64,000 bases of DNA, taken from assembly GCA_965112735.1 (NCBI GenBank), contig OZ218955.1:992001-1056000 (forward strand), in the 5' to 3' direction. Source of the DNA: Phaeosaccion multiseriatum (lineage: Eukaryota > Protista > Ochrophyta, other classes). The notes beneath the pieces are model-generated. The model was not told where the DNA came from. It searched no databases and saw only the letters and a program-made list of their open reading frames with translations. Of this stretch, positions 38,413 to 48,554 are shown one piece after another. Numbering within the stretch: position 1 is the first letter of the stretch; each line of letters begins with the position of its first letter. The position numbers and the translations under genes were made by a program.

Positions 38413-39407
38413 GTTGGTGATACAGCAGCAGCAGTTGGTGATACAGCAGCAGTGGTGATGATGTCGAGTACGGTGTCATCGTGGTTGACAACTGTGAGTC
38501 AGACCGAGGCCGAGAGTGAGCGCTTGGCGGTGGAAGACGTCCGTCGCTTCGAGGAGCGTTACTATAGCAAGACCGTGGGCGGGAAAGTGAGCAAGAGGGC
38601 GCTGGTGCTTTTACCATCCGTGTTTGTCCGGCATGTTTCCGGGACAAGCTTCGACGCGCGTTTCCCCCCCGAGGCGGTCGTCGACGAAGGAAGCGAGTCA
38701 TGTTGGGTGAGTGGGGGTCTGTGGCCCCAAGTGCTGACACTTCGCTTAAGGAGAAAGGTTTCCGTGCGCGAGGTGACGGTACAGTGCGTGGGGAGACGGT
38801 CCCTGAGGCTCGAGATGGAGGTGCTCGTCGGAGAAAGGGCCCTGATTGATATTCTTTGCAGTAGTAGCAGTGGTAGTAGCAGTAGTAGAAGTAGTCGTAG
38901 TAGAAGTAGCAGAGACAGCGCAAACTTTCGAAGAAGGCGGCGATTACGATTCGTCGAGAGGGAGGTAGAGGGGGGGGCGCCTCATGATGGAGAGAAGGAG
39001 CAGGAGGAGGAGGAGGAGGAGGAGGAGGAGGAGGAGGAGGAGGAGGGGTTGATGAGGCTCGTGTTTGCGGTGGATGCAGCGGGTGAACAGGGTGCGTCTT
39101 CGGCAAAGAGTGAAGAGGAAGGGGAGAAAGGCAGCAAGAACAGCCCAGGGCGGGAGGAGGAGGAGGAGGAGGAGGAGGAGGAGGAGGAGGAGGGGGGGGG
39201 GGGGGGGCGGAAGAGGAGGAGGAGGCGGCGGAGGATGAGGAGGAGAAAGAGAAAGAGAAGGAGGTAGTTCTGACAGACGTCATCAGTCTCGTCATTCTCA
39301 GCGCCAGTTTGTCCTTTTGCGCGGTTCGACACGTGGGCATCACAGCTGTGCTGAGCGAGGAGGGGGCGGAGCAGTATGGAGGGGGTGATCAGCAAGGAAT
39401 AAAGTGC

Positions 39408-39410
<3 letters not shown>
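35620..39410 (+). CDS. Large low-complexity protein with a C-terminal IFT25/HSPB11-like domain; apparent frameshift at a G16 run
   Basis: 1215-aa ORF with GTSFDARFPPEAVVDEGSESCWVSGGLWPQVLTLRL (cf. IFT25 ATS.D..HPP..IIDG...FW.TTG.FPQ). After the G run at 39192-39207, another frame continues ...VLTDVISLVILSASLSFCAVRHVGI... to TGA at 39408-39410, completing the IFT25-like fold. Confidence 0.7.
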
Positions 39411-39447
<37 letters not shown>

Positions 39448-40538
39448 GGTTTAGTGATTGAAAAGTCCTCGTTCTGTAGTCTCTGTCGGTCTGTTGTGTC
39501 CTCGCTTTTGATTGAATAGACTAGATTCATTTTTAAACCCTTTTACTTCTTCCTTTCCTTTCTTTTCCTACTTATCCTCGTGTGGCTCCTCCTCGTAACA
39601 GTCTTGAGGGTGGGAGGTGATGCCTATCAAGTCAATAAACGTTTCTCTTGAGGGTGGGGTGGCGAAGAGAGCAAGAGCCAGGGAAGAAGGGAAAGCGCAC
39701 CCCCGACCCAGGGATTGGATTCCGTGCAGGGATTCTCCTCCCGCCTCCCGCTGAGGTGGGGACCGACTTACTCTGGCAGTCGAATGGAATGCGCCCCAGC
39801 CCACCCCGAGGATTGACACACCTTACAAAACACGCACACGCACACACACTCACACTCTTTCACACTCTCTCTCACACACACACTTCGGGTTGGCTTTGCT
39901 TCGCACTCTCTTCAGAGTGTCTTGACCCTCTGAAGGGCTTGCATTGCTCCTTTCTCCATCGCGCGGCCGTGCTGTGATGTGCTGTACAGCAAGCAACCTT
40001 TGACCCGATTCACATCGTATGGAATGGATGGGCACATTTGCTGCTATCCACAGTCGATGCCTCCCTCTATCTGCCTTCTCGTCCCTACCGTTCATCGATG
40101 CTGCTGCTGCAACTCGTGATGGACTCTCCCTCGAGTTCTCCGGCTGGCTGCGTCGAGCCAGAGGTCCAAAACGTCACAAATGGAGACGGCCACCGCGTCA
40201 GTATGCCAGCCAGCATGGTCGGTGGTCGGTGGGCCGTGCCCAAGTAGAAAAGTGGCGGCATATCGATCGATCAACCTTCCAACCCCTCACGGCGGTTCGT
40301 CTCACGACTGGTGATGGTACAAATGATCAAATGATGATGATGACGATGGTGGTGGTGGTGGTGGTGCTTCAGCCCAGCACGCACCCACACTCCGCAGAGC
40401 TTCGTAAGTGCTCGTCCGACCGCCTCTTGTCACACACAGGCAGGGAAGTCAGTCCTTCCTCTTCTCCTTCCCAGGGTGACACTGCTGGTAGGCGACCACC
40501 TCTCTCTACAACCACGTGTCTGTCTGTCTGTCTATCTA

Positions 40539-40592
<54 letters not shown>

Positions 40593-41324
40593 CGTTTCTG
40601 TCCGCCAAACGCCGTCCCTAAAACCTCATGCCCTCCTCGGGTCGAGGTGTCCGGAGAGCCGCCCCCGCCGCCCCCCCCCCCACACCCTCCACATCACCAC
40701 GTCTCCTTCTTGTTGGGCCGCCCAGTGCGTTGTTTGTTGCTCAGCGTGTTGTTTGCCAGTCCAGCGCGTTGCTCATTCTTTTGGTCTCGGCTGCTGCCAC
40801 GCCAGACCACACGCCAGGCCACACCGCACCACACGCCACACCCAGCCAACCGTACGTAAGCGGTACGTAAGCGGTACGTGTACATATGCCTCGTTGAGCG
40901 CGGGAAAGAAAGGTCTGTGCGCCCCACATGTCCTCCTGTTCGCCAAGGCAAACAGGCAGGAGAGAGTCCAACAAAGGGAGCGAGCGAGTATCACTTGTAT
41001 CGATAATCTGCGCCCTCTCTTTGTCTTCCGTCACATTCATCTGCACCTTGCTGAAGAAACCGCGGCACAAGCAGCCCCATAGATACTATCAGAATGGGCA
41101 TCCCCAGACCCCAATCGTGATCACATCTCAATTGCACTCCCGCCACACACACACACACACACACACACCGCGCGACTCGACCTGCTGCCCACTCAATCTC
41201 TTGAAACTTCCGTGGGTGACCGGCTGCCCAGTCAGCCGCCCAGTCAGTCTCGTGATATCATATCCATATCCGTCCTCCTCCCCCTCCTCCCGTGTGGTGG
41301 TGGTGGTGGTGAAGGTCAAGACGA

Positions 41325-41370
41325 AGCCGGTTATTAGCCGGTTATTAGCCGGTTATTAGCCGGTTATTAG
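41325..41370. repeat. Tandem 11-mer (AGCCGGTTATT)x4 overlapping the RhoGEF stop codon
   Basis: Direct reading of 41325-41370; the TAA of ORF 41367..44291 lies in the last unit. Confidence 0.9.
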
Positions 41371-44300
41371 TTTGAGGAGCGGTACGGTAGAGGAGGGGCT
41401 GCGGAGGATGACGATGGTGGTGATGGTGATGATGAGGATGGTGGTGATGGTGATGATGCTGGTGATGGTGATGGAGTCGGGTGTGGCGTAGCACTCGTAC
41501 TACTACTCGAAGATGATACACTCGACGAAGCGTTGCCGCCATGGGAGGAAGAGGAGGAGGAGGAGGAGGCGATGGAGGCGGCAATGCCAACACCTGCTGC
41601 ACTACTCTGCCGCCTCGTCTTCTGCCCCGGTCGAGGGGGCAGGGCACCACCGCTCGAAGCACCACCACTCGTAGCAGAGGAGACAGACGACTGATCACCC
41701 GCCGAGCCCTTTCCATCCGCTCGCGCTCCTCCCAACCCCCTGTAAGAGGAAGAGGAAGAAGCTTGGACTGGGATGGGCGGAGGGGGGGGTCTCTGCCGAG
41801 GCAGGGGCGTAGCACTCGTTGTAACCGCTGTAACTGTCGTTGTCGGAGGTTCTGGCGCCGCCGCCTCCGGCGCGTCAGGCAGTGGAGGCGGAGGGGGCCG
41901 TGTGGAGCTCCCTCCTGTGGATAGATAATCATTCAAGAGCTTGTCTCGTCGAACGCTGTGGGGCCGCGCCGCGAAAACGTCCACTCCTGGTGCTGGTGAT
42001 GGTGACGGTGTTGGTGTTACCTCCTCCTCCACACCAGCAGCGCTCTCCTCGTTGTACTCGTTCTCGTCCTCCTTTGCCTCCTCCTCCTCCTCCTCCTCCT
42101 CCTCCTCCTCCTCCACCACCACCACCACCTCCTCCTCCTCGTCCTCCTCTTCCTGTTCCACACGACCGTCGTCTTGCTCGCCTTCTTCACCTCCTTCTCC
42201 CTCCCCACTTCCAGTGATCGCCTCTGCTGATGCCTCTGTGTCTGTTCCAGACGTTGCTGGCCCGTCTACATCCGCCGCTGCTACCCTCTCCTTTGATGCT
42301 CCGATGACTTTTTCCCACGAAAACTTGGCCTTCTCCTCTCCTCCTCCTCCTCCTCCTCCTCCTCCTCCTCCTTCTACTGCTGCTATTGTTGTAACCAAGC
42401 CATCAGCCTCGATGCCCCCTCCTTCCCCTGGCCCCTGCCTCTGCCCCTGCTCCTCTTGTACCAGTAAAGGGTTCTGAAAGCCCCTCAGCAGATAGAACTT
42501 TACCTGCCTCAACGCGTTCACCGGCTGCTGCTGTCCCTGCTGATGCTTGCCTACGCTGCTCCCTCGCCGGGGCCTTGTTGCGCTGAACCCTCTCCTCCTC
42601 CCCTCCGTCCCAACCCCAACATCAACAGGAGAGGCACCGCGGAAGTAGTCACCCCCCCGCCCTCCCCCCTCTCCTCCCATGCCCGACACTGCCATGTGCA
42701 CCACACTAACAACTTGCTGAGCACTTGTCACAGGCGTCCCGTTTACACTAATGATGCGGTCCCCTCGCTTAAAGCCTGCCAGCGCGGCCACGCACTGGCG
42801 GGACGCAAAGCCCGTTACCAGCACCCCCGTCGACGCGGTAGCTGTTGCTGCCGTTGCTGTATCACCAGCTGTATCACCAGCTGTTGCTCCTGCTCCTGCT
42901 CCTGCTCCTGCTTGTGACCCTGTCGCCGCTGTCTCCGCCCCTCCCTCTGCCCCTGCCCCCACCCCTGCTCCTGCTCCTGGAAGTGCTGCCCCCGCCCCTC
43001 CCCTCCTCACGTCGCGCAAGTCGCGTAGTCGCAGGCCCAGGCTGTGCTGACCGGGCCCCAACCTGACATCGAGCCCAAGCTCCCTCTGAGGCTTGGCACA
43101 CGGGCCCATCAGCTCCTTGAGGCCCTGATCTTCGTTTTCATCCGCTGCCATCCCCGCCTCTCGCAAGATGTTCATCGCACCCAGCACGCCATCGAGTGAG
43201 TCATGGTCAGAGCCGTACTCTCCTCCTCCTCCTCCTCCTCCTCCTCCTCCTCCTCCATCTGCACCCATACCCAGGTAATAAGATGTTGTTTGGAGGCTAA
43301 CGGACCGCGTCGCCCCTGCCGATCCATCCATCGACCCCGCCCCCATTCCCATCCCTCCTCCTCCTCCTCTTGATGCACCTGCCGAAGAAGCTCGGGTGCT
43401 GCTCGGCATTGCTTCGACACCACTCTTCCTTCCTCCTCCTCCTCCTCCTCCTCCTCCTCCTCCTCCTCCTTCCCAGGTACTGCTGCTGCTCTCGTTGAGA
43501 AGCAGCTCGGAAAAGCTAAGGCACCCACAGGGCTTCGTTAGTCTGCTAGCTGGGAGTCGATACTCCTGTTTGACAAACCTCTCCTTGCTTTGATTGGGTA
43601 CCCACACCGACACAGGCACGTCAACCCCATTGTGCCAAGGCTTGCCAACCCCCCCGCTACCCCGCTCCCGCTTATTTCTGGGCTCTACCTTGCTCATCTG
43701 GCAAGACGAGAAGAGAGAAGGGGGGGGGGGAGGGAGGGAGGGAGGGGATGGCAGGGCAAGCAAAGGACAGACAGACAGCAGAGGAGGGAAAGGATGGATA
43801 AGCGCACGGGAATGAACTACATGAGAAATGGTGGCGTTTGAGTACATGAGGGCCTTGAGGACAAAAAAATGGCATTCTCTCTCTGCTCGTAGGAGGGAGA
43901 TAGAGGTACAAACGCAGGAGGATGCAAGAGACTTGTCGTCCTCCTCCTCTTCCTCCTGATTCTGCTCCTCCTCTCCTCCTGCTCCTGCTCCTCCTCTTCC
44001 TCCTCTCCCATCCCCAAATCCCCCCGCTCCCCTGCGTCCTCCCCCCCTCCTCCTCCTCTCCTCCTGCTCCTGCTCCTCCTCTCCTCCTGCTCCTGCTCCT
44101 CCTCTTCCTCCTCTCCCATCCCCAAATCCCCCCGCTCCTCTGCGTCCTCCCCCCCCTCCTTCTCCCCCCCCCCCCCCCCCCCCTCCTCCTCCTCCTCCTC
44201 CTCCTCCTCCTCCTCCTCCTCCTCCTCCTCCTCCTCCTCCTCCTCCCCACTCACCAACGCATCCATCCCCTCCCTGATGCTCTGCACCCACGTGTCCTTT

Positions 44301-46452
44301 TCTGTCGCACTGCTGGCCAGAAGCAAGAAGCTCTTGGCCTTGCTCACTACAATGAACCCCGTTGAGCCCAAGGGGTTGCCACCACCGCCGCCCCCGGTGC
44401 TGCCCTTGCTCTTCCTCTGCTTGCCGTAGGAAAAGGTGCTATCCACAATGAAGCAAGACGCGAGGTCGATGGCTCGTCTGGCCTTGTATCGAGCACTATT
44501 GAGGCTGTGCACACACAAAGCATTGATGGACATGATTGAAAGTAATGGACATTCAGAGAGCAGTTCGCGACACAGGACAGGACAAGAATTGATGGGTGAG
44601 AGGGTGGGTAAGGGGGTGGATGGGTGGGGTGGAGGGGTGAAGTAGAGATAAGTCGAATGCCACTCTCGTCCCCTCCATTGACTGCCATCCCCCCCCCCCT
44701 ACAACACAGCGCCACCCCCAGAATTTCCCCTTTCCTCCCCACCATCCACTGCCATCCCAACGGACCCACCCACCTAAGAATTCCCCTCTCCTCCCCGTAG
44801 AGCAGCATGTCATTGAATAGGACGAACTTGAGCATCTTGGGCCCTCCCTTGCTAATCTTGCTGAGCATACCCTCTCGCACGAAGCGCCGAGACGCCTCCA
44901 CCAGCGTCTGTCCAAATTCCGTCTGCAGTCGCACCACCTGAGAGGGGAGGGAGGGGGGATAGGGTAGGGAGAGGAGAGAGAGAGAGAAGGAAGAAGAAAT
45001 CACAGGTCAGAGAAGAGAGAAGGGCGAGGAGAGAAGAGAGAGAACGACCAGAATAGAGCAGACAGAGAGAGAGAGAAAGGAGAAGATAGAAAGGCGAGAT
45101 CAGAAACAGAAGAGGGGAGAGAGAGACGTGCACCCAAGCACGTACCACGCCACGCACGTACTCACCTTGTTCTGATTCTCTTGCAGATGCACGTCCTTAT
45201 TGATCTTGTCGGCGGTGCCTGCCATGGTCTTTTGTATCTCAGCGAGCTTGGAGTAGAGGGGGTCGGTTTCCGCGTCGGTGTAGTGGAGCATCGTCTCCAG
45301 GAGCAGCTTGTAGCGCGGGATGCGCTGGGGGCGTTAGGTAAGGGTAGTTGGGGTGGGTGGGTGGGTGGGAGGGAGGGAGGGAGGGAGGGAGGTAGAGAGG
45401 CAAGGAGGGAGGGGTGGAGGGGAGGGAGCGAGCGAGGGAAGGGCAGGGGGGAAGTGGCGGGAAAAGACAACGGAAGCAACAGCAGAGCAGAGCAGAGCAC
45501 GGGGGGGAGTGAGAGTAGAGATGGGTGGACAGCGCCAGCACCAGCACCAGCAGTTGGTGATACAGCGGCAGGCGGAGCAGCAATACTGAGGGTGAGGTGA
45601 GGAGATGTGTTGGCATGTGCGGAGGGGTGCAAACCCCCGGGGGGATCGATCCATTGATGAAGGTGGGGGGAGGAAAGGAAGGGAAGAAGGCGAGTGTGTG
45701 TGTGTGTGTGTGTGTGCGAGTGTTGGGTCGCTTCGTTGGTTCACAGGTAGGCGGTTAGTTGGTTAGTTGGTTCGTTCGGTCCGTTTGTTCGTTCACAAAG
45801 CCTTTTGTTTACCCTCACCTGCACAGGCATGATGAGAAAGTCTCCAATCTTTAATCCATGCGCTTGCTTCTGATAGTTGCAAGCCGCCACAAAGGCACTG
45901 AAGCGGGGCTGCGTCTTCTCCAAATCGGCCAGGCAGGCTCGGGCTTGTTCAAAGTTGTTAATGTACGTAAAGTACATTTGGAAGAAGGGGGCCGCCTTGC
46001 GAAACACCTCCACTAGAGCGGCCAAGCCTTCGTCACCGTTTCCACTGCTGCTGTTGCTACTGCTGTTGCTCTCTTGGGAGCTGTCCCCACTTGCGGCAGC
46101 CTGCTCTAGATCAGCGAGGAGCTGCTTGTTGAAGGGCAGCAGCTGCTGGTCGACGTTGCTAAAGATTGCGGAATGGTGCTTGGGAGTGAAGGGCGGTTGC
46201 GGTGTGTGGTGTGAGTCACCTCCTGCCTCCTCCACCTTCTCCTCCCACTTGCGCTGGAGGTCGGCGGCCCATTGTCTCAAGGGTTGCACGAAGACATCGA
46301 CGAGGACCTGATCAGGGATGAGGATGAGGATGAGGAGGAGGATGACGATGATGAGGATGAGGAGGATGATGATGATGATGATGATGAGGAGAAGGAGGAG
46401 GAGAAGGAGGAGGAGGAGGAGAAGGAGGAGGAGGAAGAGGAGGGTGATGATG

Positions 46453-46524
<72 letters not shown>

Positions 46525-46887
46525 GGGGTGATGGATGGAAAAGACGAGATGGGACGGAAAGGAGGTAGACGGAAGAAGGTGAGGGTGAAAGACAGGCAGG
46601 GAGAACAGGTAGGAGAAGGAAATGGGGATACATAGGTAGGTCTACAAATGGAGACAGAGAAAAAGAGAGGGGGTACAAGAGAGAGAGAGAGAGGGAGAGA
46701 GGGACAGAGAGAGAGCGCGCAAGAGAAGATGACAGAGAGACAAGCGAGACAGACTCATGGCGGTACCCACCTGCATCTCCTTGACGAAAGTCGTCTCAGT
46801 GCTTAGCAGCTCCTGAACTGACCTCCGTCTCTTCTCATGAGTACTCATTCCACTCTGCGGCAACAGCTCTGCCCCTTGTCCCGCCAT
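41367..46887 (-). CDS. Dbl-family RhoGEF (DH-PH) with PDZ-like domain, FGD-like
   Basis: Exons give RRRSVQELLSTETTFVKEMQ, IFSNV, APFFQMYFTYINNFEQA, DFLIMPVQ|RIPRYKLLLETML, RRFVREGML, FVLFNDMLLY, KSFLLLASSATEKDTWV (PH domain), then SLGLRL...GVLVTGF...AALAGFKRGDRIISVNGTPV (PDZ). Confidence 0.9.
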
Positions 46888-47321
46888 TTCGCTTGAGCAG
46901 AAAGCGAGGGCAAAAGGCGACACCAGCTGGGGGAAATGGAGTGGTTCGTCCTCGACTCCGCGGCCCCTTCGAAGGGCCAGGCAGGGGGGGGGGGCTTCTG
47001 AACGGCCAATTCCTATTCACTGGCTTTTAGTATATGGATCGTGGAGCAGCTGCAGACTCTACTGTCGAAGGCCAAGCGCCTGGCAGTGGCTGACATGCAC
47101 AAAGGGTTTCCCTACAGATGATGATGCTCACCATCTCTACCCCGAAGGACCTCTTCAAACCGACGCAAGTCCCTCAAGGCCTGAGCATCAGCGTCGAGTA
47201 CTGCCAGAGTACTTTTTTTTTTTTTTTTTTTTTTTTTTTGGGAGAGAAGAAGACCTTTAAGTGCCATCTATGATTGTCTAAAAGTAACGCCTCACCGCCG
47301 CGGGGAACTTGGCCCCCGATC

Positions 47322-47462
47322 TCGACCCCTGACACGCTATCGCCCACTTTCTCGATAGCGCGCCGGCTGGCGCCGGCGATAGCGGATAGCGCGCTGGCTG
47401 GCGCCGGGATAGCGGACAGCGCGCCGGCGATAGCGGATAGCGGATAGCGTGTCAGGGGTCGA
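47322..47462. mobile_element. MITE-A copy 2 (141 bp; 20-bp perfect TIR; 7-bp TSD CCCGATC)
   Basis: TCGACCCCTGACACGCTATC ... GATAGCGTGTCAGGGGTCGA. TSD at 47315-47321 and 47463-47469. Internal GATAGCG and GCGCCGGC subrepeats. Confidence 0.88.
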
Positions 47463-47467
47463 CCCGA

Positions 47468-47644
47468 TCGGCCCCTGACAAGTGGCAAGTAGCTACAGTG
47501 TACTGACAAGGTTCTGAGCGACCCAGGTTCCAGGTTCTGGCCGGCGCTGCCGGCCTGGTTCCAGGTTCCAGGTTCTGGGATAATGAGGGCCAGGCAGGTT
47601 CCAGGTTCTGGCCTGGGTCGCCGCAGAGCCTTGTCAGGGGCCGA
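47468..47644. mobile_element. MITE-B (15-bp TIR TCGGCCCCTGACAAG; 6-bp TSD CCCCGA)
   Basis: Right TIR CTTGTCAGGGGCCGA ends at 47644, followed by CCCCGA. The left TSD copy is at 47314-47319 once MITE-A2 is removed. Internal CCAGGTT subrepeats. Confidence 0.82.
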
Positions 47645-47923
47645 CCCCGAGGTCGTATCCCTCCGACTCGTCAGTCCTCCCCATCGGAACAAAGTTATCC
47701 TGTGTCCAATCGATCGCTCGTGTCGGGCGGGAGAGAGACGTGATCCAATTTGAGTTTGATGTTCCTCCTCAATTAAGGAAGTTTTGTGCCTGTGTCGCAT
47801 CCCTGGGCGGGCTGAAACTGAATCGAAGCCTAAGCCTTCCCCCTCTCCTATGAAAAGCAGCTTGACAGGATGTCAGATTTGGTGATGAAGAGAGAGTGGA
47901 AAGACGACAAAGAGAGAAGAAAG

Positions 47924-48514
47924 TCACCCCCTCCAAAGCGGCAACAAGAGCACACCGATCGCCGAGGACGAGAGCACCACCGTCGCCCATACGCCCCCAA
48001 ATGAACAACCAACCCCCGCCCCTCTGTGCCCTGCGTTTGTAGGCTTGCGTGTCTCCAAGCTCTGAAAGTCCTCGCTGTTCTTGGCCGGCTCGCAGTAGAT
48101 GGTCGTCGTTGTGGCCCCTGCTGAGAACACTTCTCCTTGGTACGGGTTGCCGTCATCGTCGGTGCAGTCTGCCATTGAGGAGCATCCTCTTTATTTGGGT
48201 TGAAGGATGATATGTACATCGATATTGTTGATCGATATGTTGTATGTATATCCATGCGTCCATTCCAGTCCACGCCAAGTCGGTCGGAAGGGTTGAAAGG
48301 GTTGAAAGGGAGGAAGGGCAGAAGAATGGACGGGTGGAAGGGTGGAAGAACAGGGGTCAGAGAGGGGCGGAGGCACGCACGACCAATGTAGTGACAGCGG
48401 ATTGAGGGGTACAGCCTGCCTGGTGAGAGAGTGAGTGAGAGAGGGAGGAGAGAGAAGTGAGAGAGAGTGTGTGAGAGAGAGACAGAGAGAGAGAGGGAGG
48501 GAGAGCGAGAGAGG

Positions 48515-48554
<40 letters not shown>

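Larger units (their letters stand above)
47248..47728 (-). mobile_element. Second, shorter copy of the CRE-like 3' end, interrupted by two MITEs
   Basis: 47256-47319 joined to 47651-47728 aligns by eye to 35036-35189 (TTAAGTGCCATCTATG.TTGTCTAAAAGTAA...GGGGAACTT.GCCC.CGAGGTCGT.TCCCT...GTGTCGGGC). Candidate TSD GGGAGAGA at 47240-47247 and 47729-47736. Confidence 0.8.
46998..47830 (+). pseudogene. Degenerate Ty3/Gypsy reverse-transcriptase relic, split by nested insertions
   Basis: With frameshifts: LNGQ...VEQLQTLLSKAKRLAVADMHKGF / QMMMLTISTPKDLFKPTQVPQGLSISVEYCQS (47041-47210). After the insertions it resumes as DVIQFEFD...LRKFCACVASLGGLKLN (47737-47823), colinear with the Gypsy RT motifs D..KGF.Q, TP.G.F.P.R.PQG, YxDD and GLKLN. 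Confidence 0.7.

Noticed and set aside
39430-41320. ORFs 40019..40621, 40741..41070 and others
   Set aside because: No recognisable domains; they lie between convergent genes and are interspersed with simple repeats.
47110-47190. C/D-box snoRNA (ATGATGA ... CTGA)
   Set aside because: No terminal stem outside the boxes, and the region is better explained as Gypsy RT coding relic.
47213-47239. Poly(A) tail of the CRE-like fragment
   Set aside because: The T run lies outside the candidate TSD (47240-47247), and the other copy at 35 kb ends in an AT-rich tail without poly(A). Probably a separate homopolymer expansion.
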